Virus record (IMG/VR): IMGVR_UViG_3300042298_001940
Reading direction: 5' to 3' (one strand)
DNA length: 64,000 nt
DNA from: an uncultured virus (IMG/VR IMGVR_UViG_3300042298_001940)
Taxonomy: Duplodnaviria > Heunggongvirae > Uroviricota > Caudoviricetes
Each line of letters begins with the position of its first letter. Positions within the stretch are counted from its first letter, which is position 1. This document shows, in pieces, positions 1 through 11,300 of this stretch. Under the pieces are notes generated by a model. The model searched no databases. It saw only the letters and a list, made by a program, of their open reading frames with translations, and was not told the DNA's origin. The position numbers were made by a program, and so were the translations under genes.

Positions 1-22
1 GGATTTCAAAAGAGAGGATAAC

Positions 23-100
23 ATGTATAAGAAGAAATCAACCAAAAAGCAAACCCAGTCAAAGTCAAAGCATAAGTGCATGTGCGGGAGGAAGAAATGA
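23..100 (+). CDS. small Lys-rich peptide (25 aa)
   Basis: AGAGAGG RBS, ATG at 23, MYKKKSTKKQTQSKSKHKCMCGRKK*; its stop overlaps the next start (ATGA). Confidence 0.45.
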   Translation: MYKKKSTKKQTQSKSKHKCMCGRKK

Positions 101-936
101 TTCCACAAAGCGGATCCATTGATATAATTGGAAACTCTGGTACATTACCTTCTGCCGTACTTGCTGGTAACGTATCATATGCTTTTTCTAATGCTGTGGG
201 TAGAGCACCAACAGAAATTATTGTACTAGGTTCAACAACAGCTGGAGCTGTTTTGGCATCTACTTCGGCTCCAATCAGGGTAAGTCCATTTGTATTTATT
301 CGTGGTCTTAGTGCTTCTGGTATTCAAAACGGCGCAAGAATTATTGCTAAAGAAAGTCCTGTTAACTATGCTGTAACTGGGTTTTCTTGGGCTACTAATG
401 TTTTAACAATTACCATTAACCCAGCCTTACCTGTTGCTACTATTTCTGGGCAAACCGTAACAATTTCGGGTTCGTCTGTTGCTGCTTTAAATGGAACATA
501 TACTGCAACCAATGCAAGCACTACCTCTGTTACTGTTGCTTTAGCAACCAATCCAGGAACATTAACTGGAGTTACTGGGTTTATCAAACCTGGTATTGTA
601 GACACAACTGTAGATGGGTCAGGAAACGGCGGTAGGGGTTACTATACCCTAAACATGCCAGTTACCGCAGCTTCTACAGGAACAACCCCTGGTACTAATT
701 TGTGGACTACTCAAATAGTTCCTTCAGGAACAACCCATGTTATTGCTTATGCTGGTACTGGGGTTTTGGGTGATCTTTGGTTGGATAGAGTAGGCCAGGT
801 AACAATACCCTGTCAGCAAGTCTTAGCTTTACGAAATCTAAAGGCTGGTACTGCTTTTGTAGCTGACGGCTCTACCGCAAACGTAGATATTACTCAACTA
901 CTCTATGTAACCTACAATCCACTTGGAAACCCATAA
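97..936 (+). CDS. putative virion structural/decoration protein (beta-rich, Gly/Thr/Ala-rich)
   Basis: GGAGG RBS before ATG 97; composition typical of virion beta-sandwich proteins; lies in the head gene region. Confidence 0.6.
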   Translation: MIPQSGSIDIIGNSGTLPSAVLAGNVSYAFSNAVGRAPTEIIVLGSTTAGAVLASTSAPIRVSPFVFIRGLSASGIQNGARIIAKESPVNYAVTGFSWATNVLTITINPALPVATISGQTVTISGSSVAALNGTYTATNASTTSVTVALATNPGTLTGVTGFIKPGIVDTTVDGSGNGGRGYYTLNMPVTAASTGTTPGTNLWTTQIVPSGTTHVIAYAGTGVLGDLWLDRVGQVTIPCQQVLALRNLKAGTAFVADGSTANVDITQLLYVTYNPLGNP

Positions 937-946
937 GGAGTATTAG

Positions 947-2092
947 ATGTCTAGGATTATCTCCTTTCCCCAGGTTTTTGCCTTGCAAAGGGGTGCAAAC
1001 TATCCCTTTAGGGCAACTTTTCAGGGTTTACCAAGCACAACCTTGCTGAATCCTAGCGGGTACACCTTTACACAACCAAGTTTTACAACATCAGCTCCCA
1101 ATCTTTATCAAGAAGCAAGTTCTGTGTACACACTGGCATCTTCATCTGACTCAGAAAGTGCTGGTTTGGTGTTTAAATCTGGCGGTAATTTAGTAAATAC
1201 GGCCATAAAGTGGACTAACGGTAAATCTCTTGGTAATTTTTACAGGATTAACAGACACTCGTCTACCTTTACTGGTGGTTTTGTGGGTGTTGAAAACAAC
1301 ATACTTAAGGTTAAGTGCGGAGAAACCACAAGTTTGCTTAACCGTGGTTTGCTGCATGATGTAAAGTTTCAGAGAAATGGAAACGAAATAACCGAGGCTA
1401 GTAACACTGTTATTGGTTACATGTATGTCACTGATACAGTGAACTGTTCATTAGATTTTACAGGTTATGTAGAACCTTTTGATTTTAACCAAACTTTTGT
1501 ACCATCTGGACTTTTTTACGGAAACCATACTCAATTTTGGGTTGGTTTTAGATACTTACATACACAAAATGGTTGGTTAGGTAGTGGACTTCCAGCATTT
1601 TTGGGAAGTGGAAATGGGTTTGGATTTATTGGTGTTAGAAACAGCAATACAAGCATGACTTGGTGGGCTGTGATTGTTGCAGATGATAACCTTCTAAATG
1701 AAGAAGGCACCCAATTTGCTTACCAAGTAAACACAAATGCAAGTGTTTTTTCTTCTGTTAATCTTCGTGTAACTTTTAATAATGGAAACATTTCCTTTTT
1801 TGTGAATGAATCTCAAGTAGGAACTACTCAAAGTATTGGTGATTTAACAGGAAATGACTGGGTTTTTAACACAGGAGGAAACCCATTATATGCTGGGATT
1901 GCGTCTTTGAAAGGAGGCGGAACTTCAACAATCCCTGGTGTTTATACTATATGCGTTGATCGTTGTGCTGTGTGGCGCAACCTAGCTCACATGCAGTTGT
2001 ACAATAACTTTGAAGATACCGACACCGAAGTAACAGCCACCGATAGTGATTACCAAACTACTGGCTTACACTTACTTAAGAAACTTAAATAG
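947..2092 (+). CDS. putative virion protein with lectin/laminin-G-like beta-sandwich C-terminus
   Basis: 381-aa ORF with AGGAG RBS; aromatic/Gly-rich beta pattern (NLRVTFNNGNISFFVNE). Confidence 0.55.
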   Translation: MSRIISFPQVFALQRGANYPFRATFQGLPSTTLLNPSGYTFTQPSFTTSAPNLYQEASSVYTLASSSDSESAGLVFKSGGNLVNTAIKWTNGKSLGNFYRINRHSSTFTGGFVGVENNILKVKCGETTSLLNRGLLHDVKFQRNGNEITEASNTVIGYMYVTDTVNCSLDFTGYVEPFDFNQTFVPSGLFYGNHTQFWVGFRYLHTQNGWLGSGLPAFLGSGNGFGFIGVRNSNTSMTWWAVIVADDNLLNEEGTQFAYQVNTNASVFSSVNLRVTFNNGNISFFVNESQVGTTQSIGDLTGNDWVFNTGGNPLYAGIASLKGGGTSTIPGVYTICVDRCAVWRNLAHMQLYNNFEDTDTEVTATDSDYQTTGLHLLKKLK

Positions 2093-2103
2093 AGAGAACA
2101 AAC

Positions 2104-2496
2104 ATGCCAGCAATCACAATCCAACAAGCATATTCAATTGCCCTTCAGGCATACATTGATACCACCGATGCTACTAAAGTAGGTAGGCTTACCTGTAGTA
2201 CTGGACTTACCTCGACATCCGAAAATAGACTCAAGCAGCTTCTTAGTGCAACTGCAAAGGATCTTGGTAACGTTGTTGTCACAAGTAGAAATGAAGTTGC
2301 AACTACGCTTATAGCAAATGCCAATACACCAAATGAAGTATACACATTGGTGACATCCACAACCAACGCAAACAATAATGCCGTCTTGGATTACCTTGAG
2401 GGTGGTCATGTTGACAACACCACTGGTACTTTGTCAGTAGAGGAAACAAAAATCCACACTACTGGAAGAGCAATCTTCAACAAGATCAAGAAATGA
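2104..2496 (+). CDS. hypothetical protein (likely virion)
   Basis: 130-aa ORF tightly packed in the structural operon. Confidence 0.6.
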   Translation: MPAITIQQAYSIALQAYIDTTDATKVGRLTCSTGLTSTSENRLKQLLSATAKDLGNVVVTSRNEVATTLIANANTPNEVYTLVTSTTNANNNAVLDYLEGGHVDNTTGTLSVEETKIHTTGRAIFNKIKK

Positions 2497-2579
2497 AAAA
2501 GAAAACCTCAGAAGATATAAAGAAGTATGTCCTACAAAAAGTAGGACCTAAACCCGATTCTAAGAAACCAAAGAAGTAG
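2493..2579 (+). CDS. small Lys-rich peptide (28 aa)
   Basis: ATGA overlap with the previous stop; MKKKTSEDIKKYVLQKVGPKPDSKKPKK*; fills the gap before the scaffold gene. Confidence 0.4.
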   Translation: MKKKTSEDIKKYVLQKVGPKPDSKKPKK

Positions 2580-2588
2580 GAGAGTTAA

Positions 2589-3512
2589 ATGCCAGATCCA
2601 ATCAATGCTGAACAATCCACGCCTGTCGGGACTCAGCAGCCCCCAGTTATCGTAGACCCAACTCCAGCCGAGAATCCCCAGACCGTCCATGAACGAGCCA
2701 TGTTCAACAGATTCGTTCAGGATCAGGGTCAAAAAATTCCAGCCAACTTCAAGTCTGCTGACGACTGGTTCAACAGCCTGATGGAAGCCCGCAAGGGATT
2801 TACCCAGGCCAGACAGGAAATTGCTGCCCTCAAGCAGCAGTACAATCAAAACGGAACGAACAATCCCAATTATGTGGGGGACTCGCCCGAATCTGTACAG
2901 CCACAGAAGACCGAGGATCTTTCTGGAGTACCAGAAGAACTAAGCATCAAGCCCCCAGAACCAAAGCCTCAGGCAAAGGTTACTTCGGAAGATTGGCTGC
3001 GGTGGGGATCGGAAATCGATACCACTGGAGCCGTAAGCGAAGCAACACGCAAGGAGATCGCGGACAAGATGGGTGCTGAAGATGTTATCATCGAACAGCT
3101 CATCCAGGGCCGCAAGGCGCTAGCCAAGCAGTCCTGGCAGAATGCGGCGGATGTTGTCGGAGGGAATGACAACCTCAAGCGTCTATTTAAGTGGGCGCAG
3201 GAGACCAAGCCGCAGGGCGAGATCGATGCCATCAACAAGTCGCTTAGGACCAATGCGTACAAGAATGTCCTATTGGGTCTTCAGGCAGAGTACAACCAAA
3301 CCACGGCCAAACCTCAATCACAGGAACCCAAGGCAACACCCAATCGGGTAAACCCCTCGGCAGTTCCGCAATCCGTACAGGTGTTTAAGAACCTTGTAGA
3401 ACAACAGTCTGCTTTGAGAGATCCACGATATCGTGTGGATCCAAACTATAGAAAAGCAGTAGAAGAAATGGTTGTTAATACGTCTAAATACGGCTATTCA
3501 AGAAATCGTTAA
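2589..3512 (+). CDS. capsid assembly/scaffolding protein (T7 gp9-like)
   Basis: VGGNDNL..LFKWA and C-terminal DPRY..DP.YR..V motifs typical of gp9; immediately upstream of the capsid gene. Confidence 0.9.
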   Translation: MPDPINAEQSTPVGTQQPPVIVDPTPAENPQTVHERAMFNRFVQDQGQKIPANFKSADDWFNSLMEARKGFTQARQEIAALKQQYNQNGTNNPNYVGDSPESVQPQKTEDLSGVPEELSIKPPEPKPQAKVTSEDWLRWGSEIDTTGAVSEATRKEIADKMGAEDVIIEQLIQGRKALAKQSWQNAADVVGGNDNLKRLFKWAQETKPQGEIDAINKSLRTNAYKNVLLGLQAEYNQTTAKPQSQEPKATPNRVNPSAVPQSVQVFKNLVEQQSALRDPRYRVDPNYRKAVEEMVVNTSKYGYSRNR

Positions 3513-3605
3513 CTCCGTACAATCCACTAAGGACACGGAACAATTGATGGTTTCTCCTTCATTTATTTAAAAGAGAGAAAAAGTTTCACATAAGGAGAAA
3601 CAAAC

Positions 3606-4976
3606 ATGCCAGAAAGTCTATCAACAGCACAAATGTTCCCACTTGGGTCACTTGGCTATACCACCCAACACCCATCAAACCCAAATCAATTAAAATCTTG
3701 GCCAGAAGGTGGTCAGGGTGCTTCGCAAAACAGCATTCCTTCAGTATCTGGTGCTACTGATCCTTCGTATTGGCTTCCTATTTGGTCAGGCGAAGTAATC
3801 AACGCCTACGATCAATACAACATTTTTGAACCAATGGTTACAACCGAAACCATTGAATCAGGAACAACTAAGCGTTTCCCAATCACTGGTACGGTTAACC
3901 ACATCGGTATCTGGGAAGCTGGTCAGGAATTGCTTGGTAACAGCGGTATCCAGACTCCAGGTTGGTTTGACATTTCGCTGGACCAGCGTCCAATGGCTGC
4001 ATACTTTGAACTTGACGACATCCACCTGTTGCTTACTCAGTGGGATTACCGCGCCGAATTGGCTCGTCAGGCTGGTCTTAAGTTGAGCTACATTCGTGAC
4101 AAGCAAATTGCTTGCATGCTTGCAAAGGGTGCGTTTACTGCCGCACGGGCTCCATTTAGCTCAGACTACAGTGGTATGAACTTTGGTTCATCGCCAGTTC
4201 TTGCCCCAAACGCTGCGTTTAATTTCCTCGGTTTGCGTGGTGCAACCCAAACCCAGAGAACAGACGCTGCCCTGTTGCTTCTCGACTACCTTGAGCGTTA
4301 CATGGTTCGTCTCTCTGAAATCGACGCAACCATGGGTGAAGTGTATTGCGCTGTGACTCCACAGGCATTCCATGACATCCGTGCTCTTGGTATTGCCCGT
4401 GATGCCACTGGTCTTGTTGGTGGTGCTGGACGTCCATTCTTCGGCGGTGTCGCTGAAGCTGGTGGTCTCGGTGCTTCCCTCGGCCAGGGCATGTTCGGGT
4501 TGCAGGAAACCCTTGAGTACATGGGTGTCAAGATCGTCAAGAGCAACCACCTTCTTGAGCTTGATCACTCTGTCGTGACATCTGGTGCAACCAATGTTGC
4601 GGCTGCGGGCTACGATGCAGCAACTGGTCAGTTCAGCAACAACGATACCGTCAACGTTATTGGTGACCTTGGTGATCCCAAATACAACTTTAACTGGCAC
4701 GGCTACATGGGTGCAAGCAACAACGATCCAACCGATCTTGTTCAAATCACAAGCAACGGTGTTGTAGCCACATCTGACGTACTTAAGCCAATCAAGGCTT
4801 TGATTTGGCAGCGTTCGGCTGTTTGCTCGTTGCGTCTTCAGGGTATGAAGGTTGAGTCTACCAAGGATGTCCGTAGAGGAACATTCTTCACCGTAAGCTC
4901 AATCATGGCTGGTGCTGGTATTCTTCGTCCTGAACTTTGCGGTGCAATTCAGGGTAACTATACCGCTGTTGCCTAA
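3606..4976 (+). CDS. major capsid protein (T7 gp10-like)
   Basis: WSGEV..AY, TIESG...RFP, DYRAEL...AG..L....D and C-terminal G.GILRPE motifs; followed by a terminator. Confidence 0.95.
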   Translation: MPESLSTAQMFPLGSLGYTTQHPSNPNQLKSWPEGGQGASQNSIPSVSGATDPSYWLPIWSGEVINAYDQYNIFEPMVTTETIESGTTKRFPITGTVNHIGIWEAGQELLGNSGIQTPGWFDISLDQRPMAAYFELDDIHLLLTQWDYRAELARQAGLKLSYIRDKQIACMLAKGAFTAARAPFSSDYSGMNFGSSPVLAPNAAFNFLGLRGATQTQRTDAALLLLDYLERYMVRLSEIDATMGEVYCAVTPQAFHDIRALGIARDATGLVGGAGRPFFGGVAEAGGLGASLGQGMFGLQETLEYMGVKIVKSNHLLELDHSVVTSGATNVAAAGYDAATGQFSNNDTVNVIGDLGDPKYNFNWHGYMGASNNDPTDLVQITSNGVVATSDVLKPIKALIWQRSAVCSLRLQGMKVESTKDVRRGTFFTVSSIMAGAGILRPELCGAIQGNYTAVA

Positions 4977-5013
4977 GCCTAGCGTTTAGCTAGCACATTT
5001 TGGTTAACAACCG

Positions 5014-5050
5014 TACCTAGGGGGTCGAAAGGCCCCCTAGGTATTTTTTT
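5014..5050 (+). terminator. intrinsic terminator after the capsid gene (T-phi equivalent)
   Basis: TACCTAGGGGGTC-GAAA-GGCCCCCTAGGTA followed by T7. Confidence 0.9.
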
Positions 5051-5062
5051 CATGGAGGACAA

Positions 5063-5725
5063 ATGGGAATATACAGTTACAAAGATGCAATCAATCACAT
5101 GTTGTTGTCATCTGGGGAACATCTAGTTTCAGATCTTAATCAAGACTCTGGAGTAGATACCCAGGTAGCCGAATTCATCCTTAACCAGACGATAAAAAGC
5201 ACAGTAATGAGAGGCGTGGCAAACAACAGGTTTGTCAATGAGTATACTCCAGATAGTATTACAGGCAGGATTATCCTGCCATCCGATGCTTGTTATGCTC
5301 AGGTTGTTGAACCTCTGTACGATCCATCGACGGGGGAGGTGATCCAGACTACACTTAAGTCCAATCCTACAAGGTTGTTCAACATCACCAAGCAGACGGA
5401 TGTGTTTGACAAGAAGTTAAAGATAGAGGTTATTGTCCTTCTCGGTAACGAAGCCGCCAATTACGGTTGGGATGACATCGACTCACCCCTGCAAAGAGCA
5501 ATCATGGAAATGGCCGCTAGAGAGTACCAAATGACAACCCAGGGTGATCTAGAAATAGACAAGCGTATGGCTATGCGAGAACAATACCACATGTCAAGAG
5601 GCCGTGCGTCTGACATCTTCAAGAAGAACAGATCCATCTTCCTTGGTGACAACGGCACAGCAGCAGCCGTAAGCAGGGGTGGTATCCTGTCTAGAGATCC
5701 ATACTACACAAGAACGAGGTTCTAA
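5063..5725 (+). CDS. tail tubular protein A (T7 gp11-like)
   Basis: N-terminal DAIN.ML...GE..V..L motif and AAREYQ; position after the capsid gene. Confidence 0.9.
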   Translation: MGIYSYKDAINHMLLSSGEHLVSDLNQDSGVDTQVAEFILNQTIKSTVMRGVANNRFVNEYTPDSITGRIILPSDACYAQVVEPLYDPSTGEVIQTTLKSNPTRLFNITKQTDVFDKKLKIEVIVLLGNEAANYGWDDIDSPLQRAIMEMAAREYQMTTQGDLEIDKRMAMREQYHMSRGRASDIFKKNRSIFLGDNGTAAAVSRGGILSRDPYYTRTRF

Positions 5726-8379
5726 TGCCAACTACACGACTGATTATCAATTCCCTTAGTGGTGGTGTCGGAAGACAAGCCCCCACAAAACGCCTTGTCA
5801 GCGAAGCGGAAAACCTTGACAACTGCTTGGTTACCTTGGAGCGATCAGTCGAAAAAAGACCTCCCTTGACCAGAGTCACGGCAGATGGTGGTTCTTCCTA
5901 TCTCCAACTCAACAACATTCAGGCACCAGCTGGTTTTAACCCCGACAACATCTACTTTCATTTCATAGATGTAGATGGATTCAACAGGTATTGTGTTGTC
6001 ATCAACAGAGCTGGGCAACCAGTAAATCCATACAGCAGTACCAATTACTTTGATGATGTAGCTGCTGATGATTTTGTATCCGTCTATCGAATAGAACCAA
6101 CAGAATGGGTCAGGGAAACCGTGGATTCCAATCCAGCAAATTTTAATAGAGGTATTTATGAATACCTGACTTATGGTTCTGGCAGTACAACCAAGGCATA
6201 TAACATTGCCAACGAAGCAAAAACAATTGCACCAACACAGATAAAGAACACATTTGGAAGCATTGATTTTGAGGTTGGTTTGATTCTTTGGAACAAACTC
6301 GTAGAAACAGGGTATCTACCTGATAACTCCCAAGCCGATTTAGTCGGTGCTGTTGGTTGGACTACAAATGTCAACACATTCATTCACTCTGGTGATACGA
6401 TAAACTACAAGACAAGCGTTGGTCCACAAGGTGTTTCCCCAAATCTGGAAGACTTAATTAACGATGGCTTGTACTGGACCAATGTACGAGACAACATTGA
6501 ATTTGTGATTAACCCAGGTACGCAAGAAGAAGAGGAAGAAGGTCAAAGTTTAAACGATTTTAGCATTATTCCCCAGTATCCAGCAAGCGAGGTAAAGTCC
6601 GATGTAAGCGATGCCAATGGTTTTAAGGCGCAACGCATGCTGAAAGACTATTACGACTTTCCAAACAAGATAACAACCCCAACAAGCCCTTTCTGGTCCT
6701 CTGGCGATTTTGGTCATGTCACTTCTCCTTTCCTACCATTGGAAAGAGAAGCCGACAGCAACACCTATAGGGGATTTGGCAAGGTGTATTTTACAAGAAA
6801 TCCATACTTGTCTTTTCCTGCTGGGTTCTATAGAGCAACTAGATATTCCAAGAATCCGTATTTTGAACGGGTAAGATCGGAAAGCCCAAACTCGGTGATC
6901 GACCATAGACGGATGCCTATTATTATCTACAAGGATTTTTCAGATAACGGTGTCTGGAAAATTAGGCATATGCCAATGGCTGCTCGTAGATCGGGCACCG
7001 AATTAAGCAACCCAGGTCTGGCTGGTTTTGACAAAAAAGAAAAGATCCAATCCATGGCTATCTGGAAGAACAGGTTGTGGATTGCCATGGATAACTCGCT
7101 TGCTGCATCCGTTTCTGGAGATTTCTTTGACTTCTGGATCAACGATGTAAACGCAGTAACAGACACGGATCCAATCGATGTACAGGCTTCCGTTGGAAGT
7201 TACAACCGCTTGAGCCATATCGTTCCCTTCCAGCAGATCTTGTTTGTCTTGTCGTCTGGTTCGGTTCAGTTTGAAGTCCGTGGCGGATCCTCCGATGTCG
7301 GTATTTCCCCGTTTAACGTCGAGTTCAGACCAACCTCATTCTTCAGCACATCCAAGTTGGTCATGCCACAAAAAATGGCAAACAATGTGTTCTTTATGGA
7401 TTCCAAGAAAATGTACATGTACCTTAGCGGTTCTGGGTTTTCGGATGAATTCTCTACGTCCATGGAAATGACCAGCCATTGCAAGGACTATTTGCCATTT
7501 AATTTTGGTTCCGTAACGGTGTCTTCTGCTAACAATACCATTGTCATGGTAAATGAAGATGCAAAAAACTATTTGTATTTCTTTACCTTTAGGACAAACG
7601 GAGACAAGATCTCTCAAAACGCCTTTTACAGGTGGATCTTTGACCCTGGGGATTCTATCATAGGTTGTAAGTGCTACGAAAAAGACATGTATCTGATATC
7701 ACGAAGGGTTCGGCAGGATCTTTCTGAAAGCTTGAATGTGTACTTTGTGTCTATGGAAACAACTCCAATAACTACGCCAATGATCGACTGGTTGGTAGAG
7801 TTGACTGGCACTTATTCTGGTGGTGAAACAACCTTTGTAGTTCCTCATTATGATCCAGAGATCGATACCTTGGTTCGTGGGCCTGGGTGGGGGACCACCG
7901 CATATGAAGCGTTTGCGTTGTCTGCAACCAGTATTTCAACAGACCTTAGCGGAAATACCGTGGTTACGATAGCTGGTGATTTTAGCCAACATCCCGTCTA
8001 TTTAGGAAGATCCTATGAAATGCTTGTTCAGTTGTCACAGCAAGTACAGAGATCCCAGGATCAAGGCCAAGTCTATGAAGGAGTCTTGAATCTCAAGAAG
8101 ATCATAACCAGGCATTTCAAGAGCGGGTCATACGATATTGAGGTAGAACGGCGAGGTAGGCCCAGAAGCAAGGTTACATTCTACCCCATTTTTGTCAACA
8201 GCATTTTGTCAAGAACAGACGAACTTAAGATAGACAGCAATGGAGAACACCAATCAAAGGTTCTTGCTTATTCCGAGAATGTCGAGTTGTTCATCAAATC
8301 CAACTACCCAACGCCATGCAATATCACAAACATCGAAATACTTGGTAACTTTAGACCAAGAAGTACAAGCATTGAATAA
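5725..8379 (+). CDS. tail tubular protein B (T7 gp12-like)
   Basis: SLSGGVGRQ...R, KRPP, KNRL, DFFDFW and D.DPID motifs; 884 aa. Confidence 0.92.
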   Translation: MPTTRLIINSLSGGVGRQAPTKRLVSEAENLDNCLVTLERSVEKRPPLTRVTADGGSSYLQLNNIQAPAGFNPDNIYFHFIDVDGFNRYCVVINRAGQPVNPYSSTNYFDDVAADDFVSVYRIEPTEWVRETVDSNPANFNRGIYEYLTYGSGSTTKAYNIANEAKTIAPTQIKNTFGSIDFEVGLILWNKLVETGYLPDNSQADLVGAVGWTTNVNTFIHSGDTINYKTSVGPQGVSPNLEDLINDGLYWTNVRDNIEFVINPGTQEEEEEGQSLNDFSIIPQYPASEVKSDVSDANGFKAQRMLKDYYDFPNKITTPTSPFWSSGDFGHVTSPFLPLEREADSNTYRGFGKVYFTRNPYLSFPAGFYRATRYSKNPYFERVRSESPNSVIDHRRMPIIIYKDFSDNGVWKIRHMPMAARRSGTELSNPGLAGFDKKEKIQSMAIWKNRLWIAMDNSLAASVSGDFFDFWINDVNAVTDTDPIDVQASVGSYNRLSHIVPFQQILFVLSSGSVQFEVRGGSSDVGISPFNVEFRPTSFFSTSKLVMPQKMANNVFFMDSKKMYMYLSGSGFSDEFSTSMEMTSHCKDYLPFNFGSVTVSSANNTIVMVNEDAKNYLYFFTFRTNGDKISQNAFYRWIFDPGDSIIGCKCYEKDMYLISRRVRQDLSESLNVYFVSMETTPITTPMIDWLVELTGTYSGGETTFVVPHYDPEIDTLVRGPGWGTTAYEAFALSATSISTDLSGNTVVTIAGDFSQHPVYLGRSYEMLVQLSQQVQRSQDQGQVYEGVLNLKKIITRHFKSGSYDIEVERRGRPRSKVTFYPIFVNSILSRTDELKIDSNGEHQSKVLAYSENVELFIKSNYPTPCNITNIEILGNFRPRSTSIE

Positions 8380-8388
8380 GGAGAGATC

Positions 8389-11300
8389 ATGCCAAGCTAT
8401 AGCTATACAAGTGGAACCCCGATTGGGATTACAGCCTTAAACCCAACCACTGGTCAGTTTATCGAAGTGGTTTTCACAGCTAGCGGAACCAACTATTCTT
8501 ATAGTTGCATTGCATGGTTGCCTGAAATCCCTATTCAGGACCAGGTTTTGGTGTATACAAGGCCCAGCTCACTTGGTCCTGAAACAGCAATGATCAATGG
8601 AACGGACTTTATTTTTGGTTCTAATGAATCCATTGTGTTCAACACAGCACCGTCTGGTCAGGTAGTCATCAGAAGAACAACAGACCTTTCAAAGATGGTA
8701 TTAAACTACACCGATGGTGCCAAGTTGTCGGCCAGACAACTCAATGCCACCATGCACCAGCTGTTGTTCATAGCCCAGGAAAAGGCAAACTTCGAGACCA
8801 ACATCTCGAACTACTATCCAGTTTCAATCGTTGCATCTAACTATAGTAGTGGGACTACCTACAATGTAAACGATGTTGTAATACACAATGGCAGCATATA
8901 TGTGTCCCTGAGTGGTCCCCAGTCCAACAACACACCGTCCACCAGTCCAACAATATGGAAGCTTCAAAACCCAATGTCAAACGGGTTCTACATCACTGGG
9001 TATGATCAACCAGTCAACTTCCATCTGGCTTCAATACAGGAAAACCAGACATTGGTGTGGAGTGCGGCTAACAAACGGTTTCAGTCTGGGTTTGCAATCA
9101 ACTCGTCTGCACACCTTAGTGATTATGCGCTGACAGGTCCGACAAACCACCACATCCTGAGTTATTTCAATAACAAGTGGAGAAACTATCCCGTACAATG
9201 GACTCCTACATTGGTAGGTACCGATTTGATTTTTTCAAAGCATGTCTTCACAAACATGATGACTTCATATGCTGACAATACGGTACAGCTACCCAACTAT
9301 TTGTCTAGTTTTAATTGGACTGGATCTGAACAGGTAATGACAAATGCTTCCAGTGTTTATCATATCCTTAAGAAAACAATCCCAAATGAACAGGATCCTC
9401 AGGCATACTTTACCAACGTAAATACACAATTAAATGCAGCGGTACAGAACTTAAAGAATCCAGTAAAAGCCAAGTTAGAATGGGATTTAGCTTATGGTAA
9501 TGGAACCCAGAGAACTGAGGTCGGTGCTTTTGCGGCTTTGTATAGCCCTGTTACTTGTTTTTGGGACCATCCAAAGGAACTGTACAATGAAAACGGTCAT
9601 GGAGATGTGTGGTATCATGGTATTCAAGAAGGTAGTAGCAGATACAAAGTATCTCCTTGGTGGTCTTTTAGAACACAAGATCCCAACCATTCTACTGTTC
9701 TGGATTTTAAATCAAAAATCCACGGGTATGGTATTAGTAATTTCTACCTAAGTGGACCAGAATGCATAACATCGTGTTTTCATATTCCAGTAGTTACTTC
9801 TAGTGCTTTTACACTAGCTAGTGCTTTATCTAGCATTGGTGATATTGGTGACCACAATAATGGTTCTTCTAACAGAGATATGTATTTAATGGCACTTAGA
9901 GACATGGCTTTTGCCGCTGCTAGACCAGGAACACCGACAACACCATCTAGTGCATCCAATATTCAAACACAGGATCATAATACAAGGTTATGCAAGGGTC
10001 GTTTAATTCGGGTTAATTACGATAATTTTATTGATCATTTTTTTAAACGACTAGAACAACCTACGGAAAACATTGCTTCATACTGTTTTAAAATCCCAGG
10101 AAACATAATCTACTATAACACTGCTGCGTTAGCCTTAGCTAATAAAGACCTAGCCCAAACTTACATTGATAACACAGATTCTCTTCGTAATACAGTAAGA
10201 TTCCAGGGTTTTTCCGCGTTTTATGGTGCTGCAACCATGACAGACAGCACGGTTTGGGCCCAAAGAAATACCAGCATCAAACCCATGGGTTACTATTATA
10301 AAGCAGATGCTTATTGGAGTTCATGGGTACAGAATTGGAGCACCGCTGCGGGTAATCATAATGCTAGGTTTAATGAAGCCGACATTGATTGGGCTGTGTG
10401 GGATTTGACCAGTACTACCATAAAGCATTTTGATACTACGGCTTCTATCTTACCCAGTAGCTCTACAACTGGATTTACTGCCTCTAGTGGTCCAAACAAC
10501 AATAGAGTAGCATCGTCTATATTCTTCCCTTGGGGGTTTAGACCCAATGAAGTAAGAAGCATCGCAAGCAGCACAAATCAAACAGGAACTCATTTACTTA
10601 ACGTAGACGCAAATACCTTGTTTTCATCTTCTTCAAATTTTGTACCAGACCCAGTTGATACTTATGTTTTTAGGTTGGTTGTCAATCCAACAATAACGGC
10701 TTCTTATTTCAAAGAAACAACCCCAAACACCAAGCCACTCATAAACTCTGCTGTTTTGCTTGAATACGGATTTAGGGACAGTGCAGATGCAAACGTAACA
10801 ATACCAATAAATAGTGACATTGCAAAGTTGTATCCTGGCATGAACGACAGTGTTGGAATGGCAAACAAAGCCAACTCAAAAACAAGGATTCGACTTGATA
10901 AATCAAATGTTCTATGTAGGATAATTTCAGAACAACTTGAAGAAGATTTGGCAAACTCAAACATAGTACGATATGTGATTAAAGTTGCTATTACGGTACC
11001 AAGGTTAAAATCCATCGGTTACAGTAAGGTTTTCAGAAAATTTGCTACTTTGGCTACCCACACAAACTATCCATCATATAACAGCGGCACAACCAACGAT
11101 AATGAGATAGATAGTGGACCTTGGAGTTTTAGTCTTGATTTTGATACACCATCGTATACTTTTAATGGTGGAACAATAAATACCCCCGTTTCTAACTTAA
11201 CGTGGCCCATTGATAACGCAAATACTGCCATAGCTGGGCTGGGATTGATAGGTTATAGCGATAATTCGTACAGCCAAAGCCCAAGTTTACCCGCTGGTAG

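Noticed and set aside
3523..3532. T7-like late promoter TCCACTA(A/G)GG (also at 37592-37601)
   Set aside because: Only ~10 nt of similarity in two places; no convincing multi-copy consensus could be found by eye.
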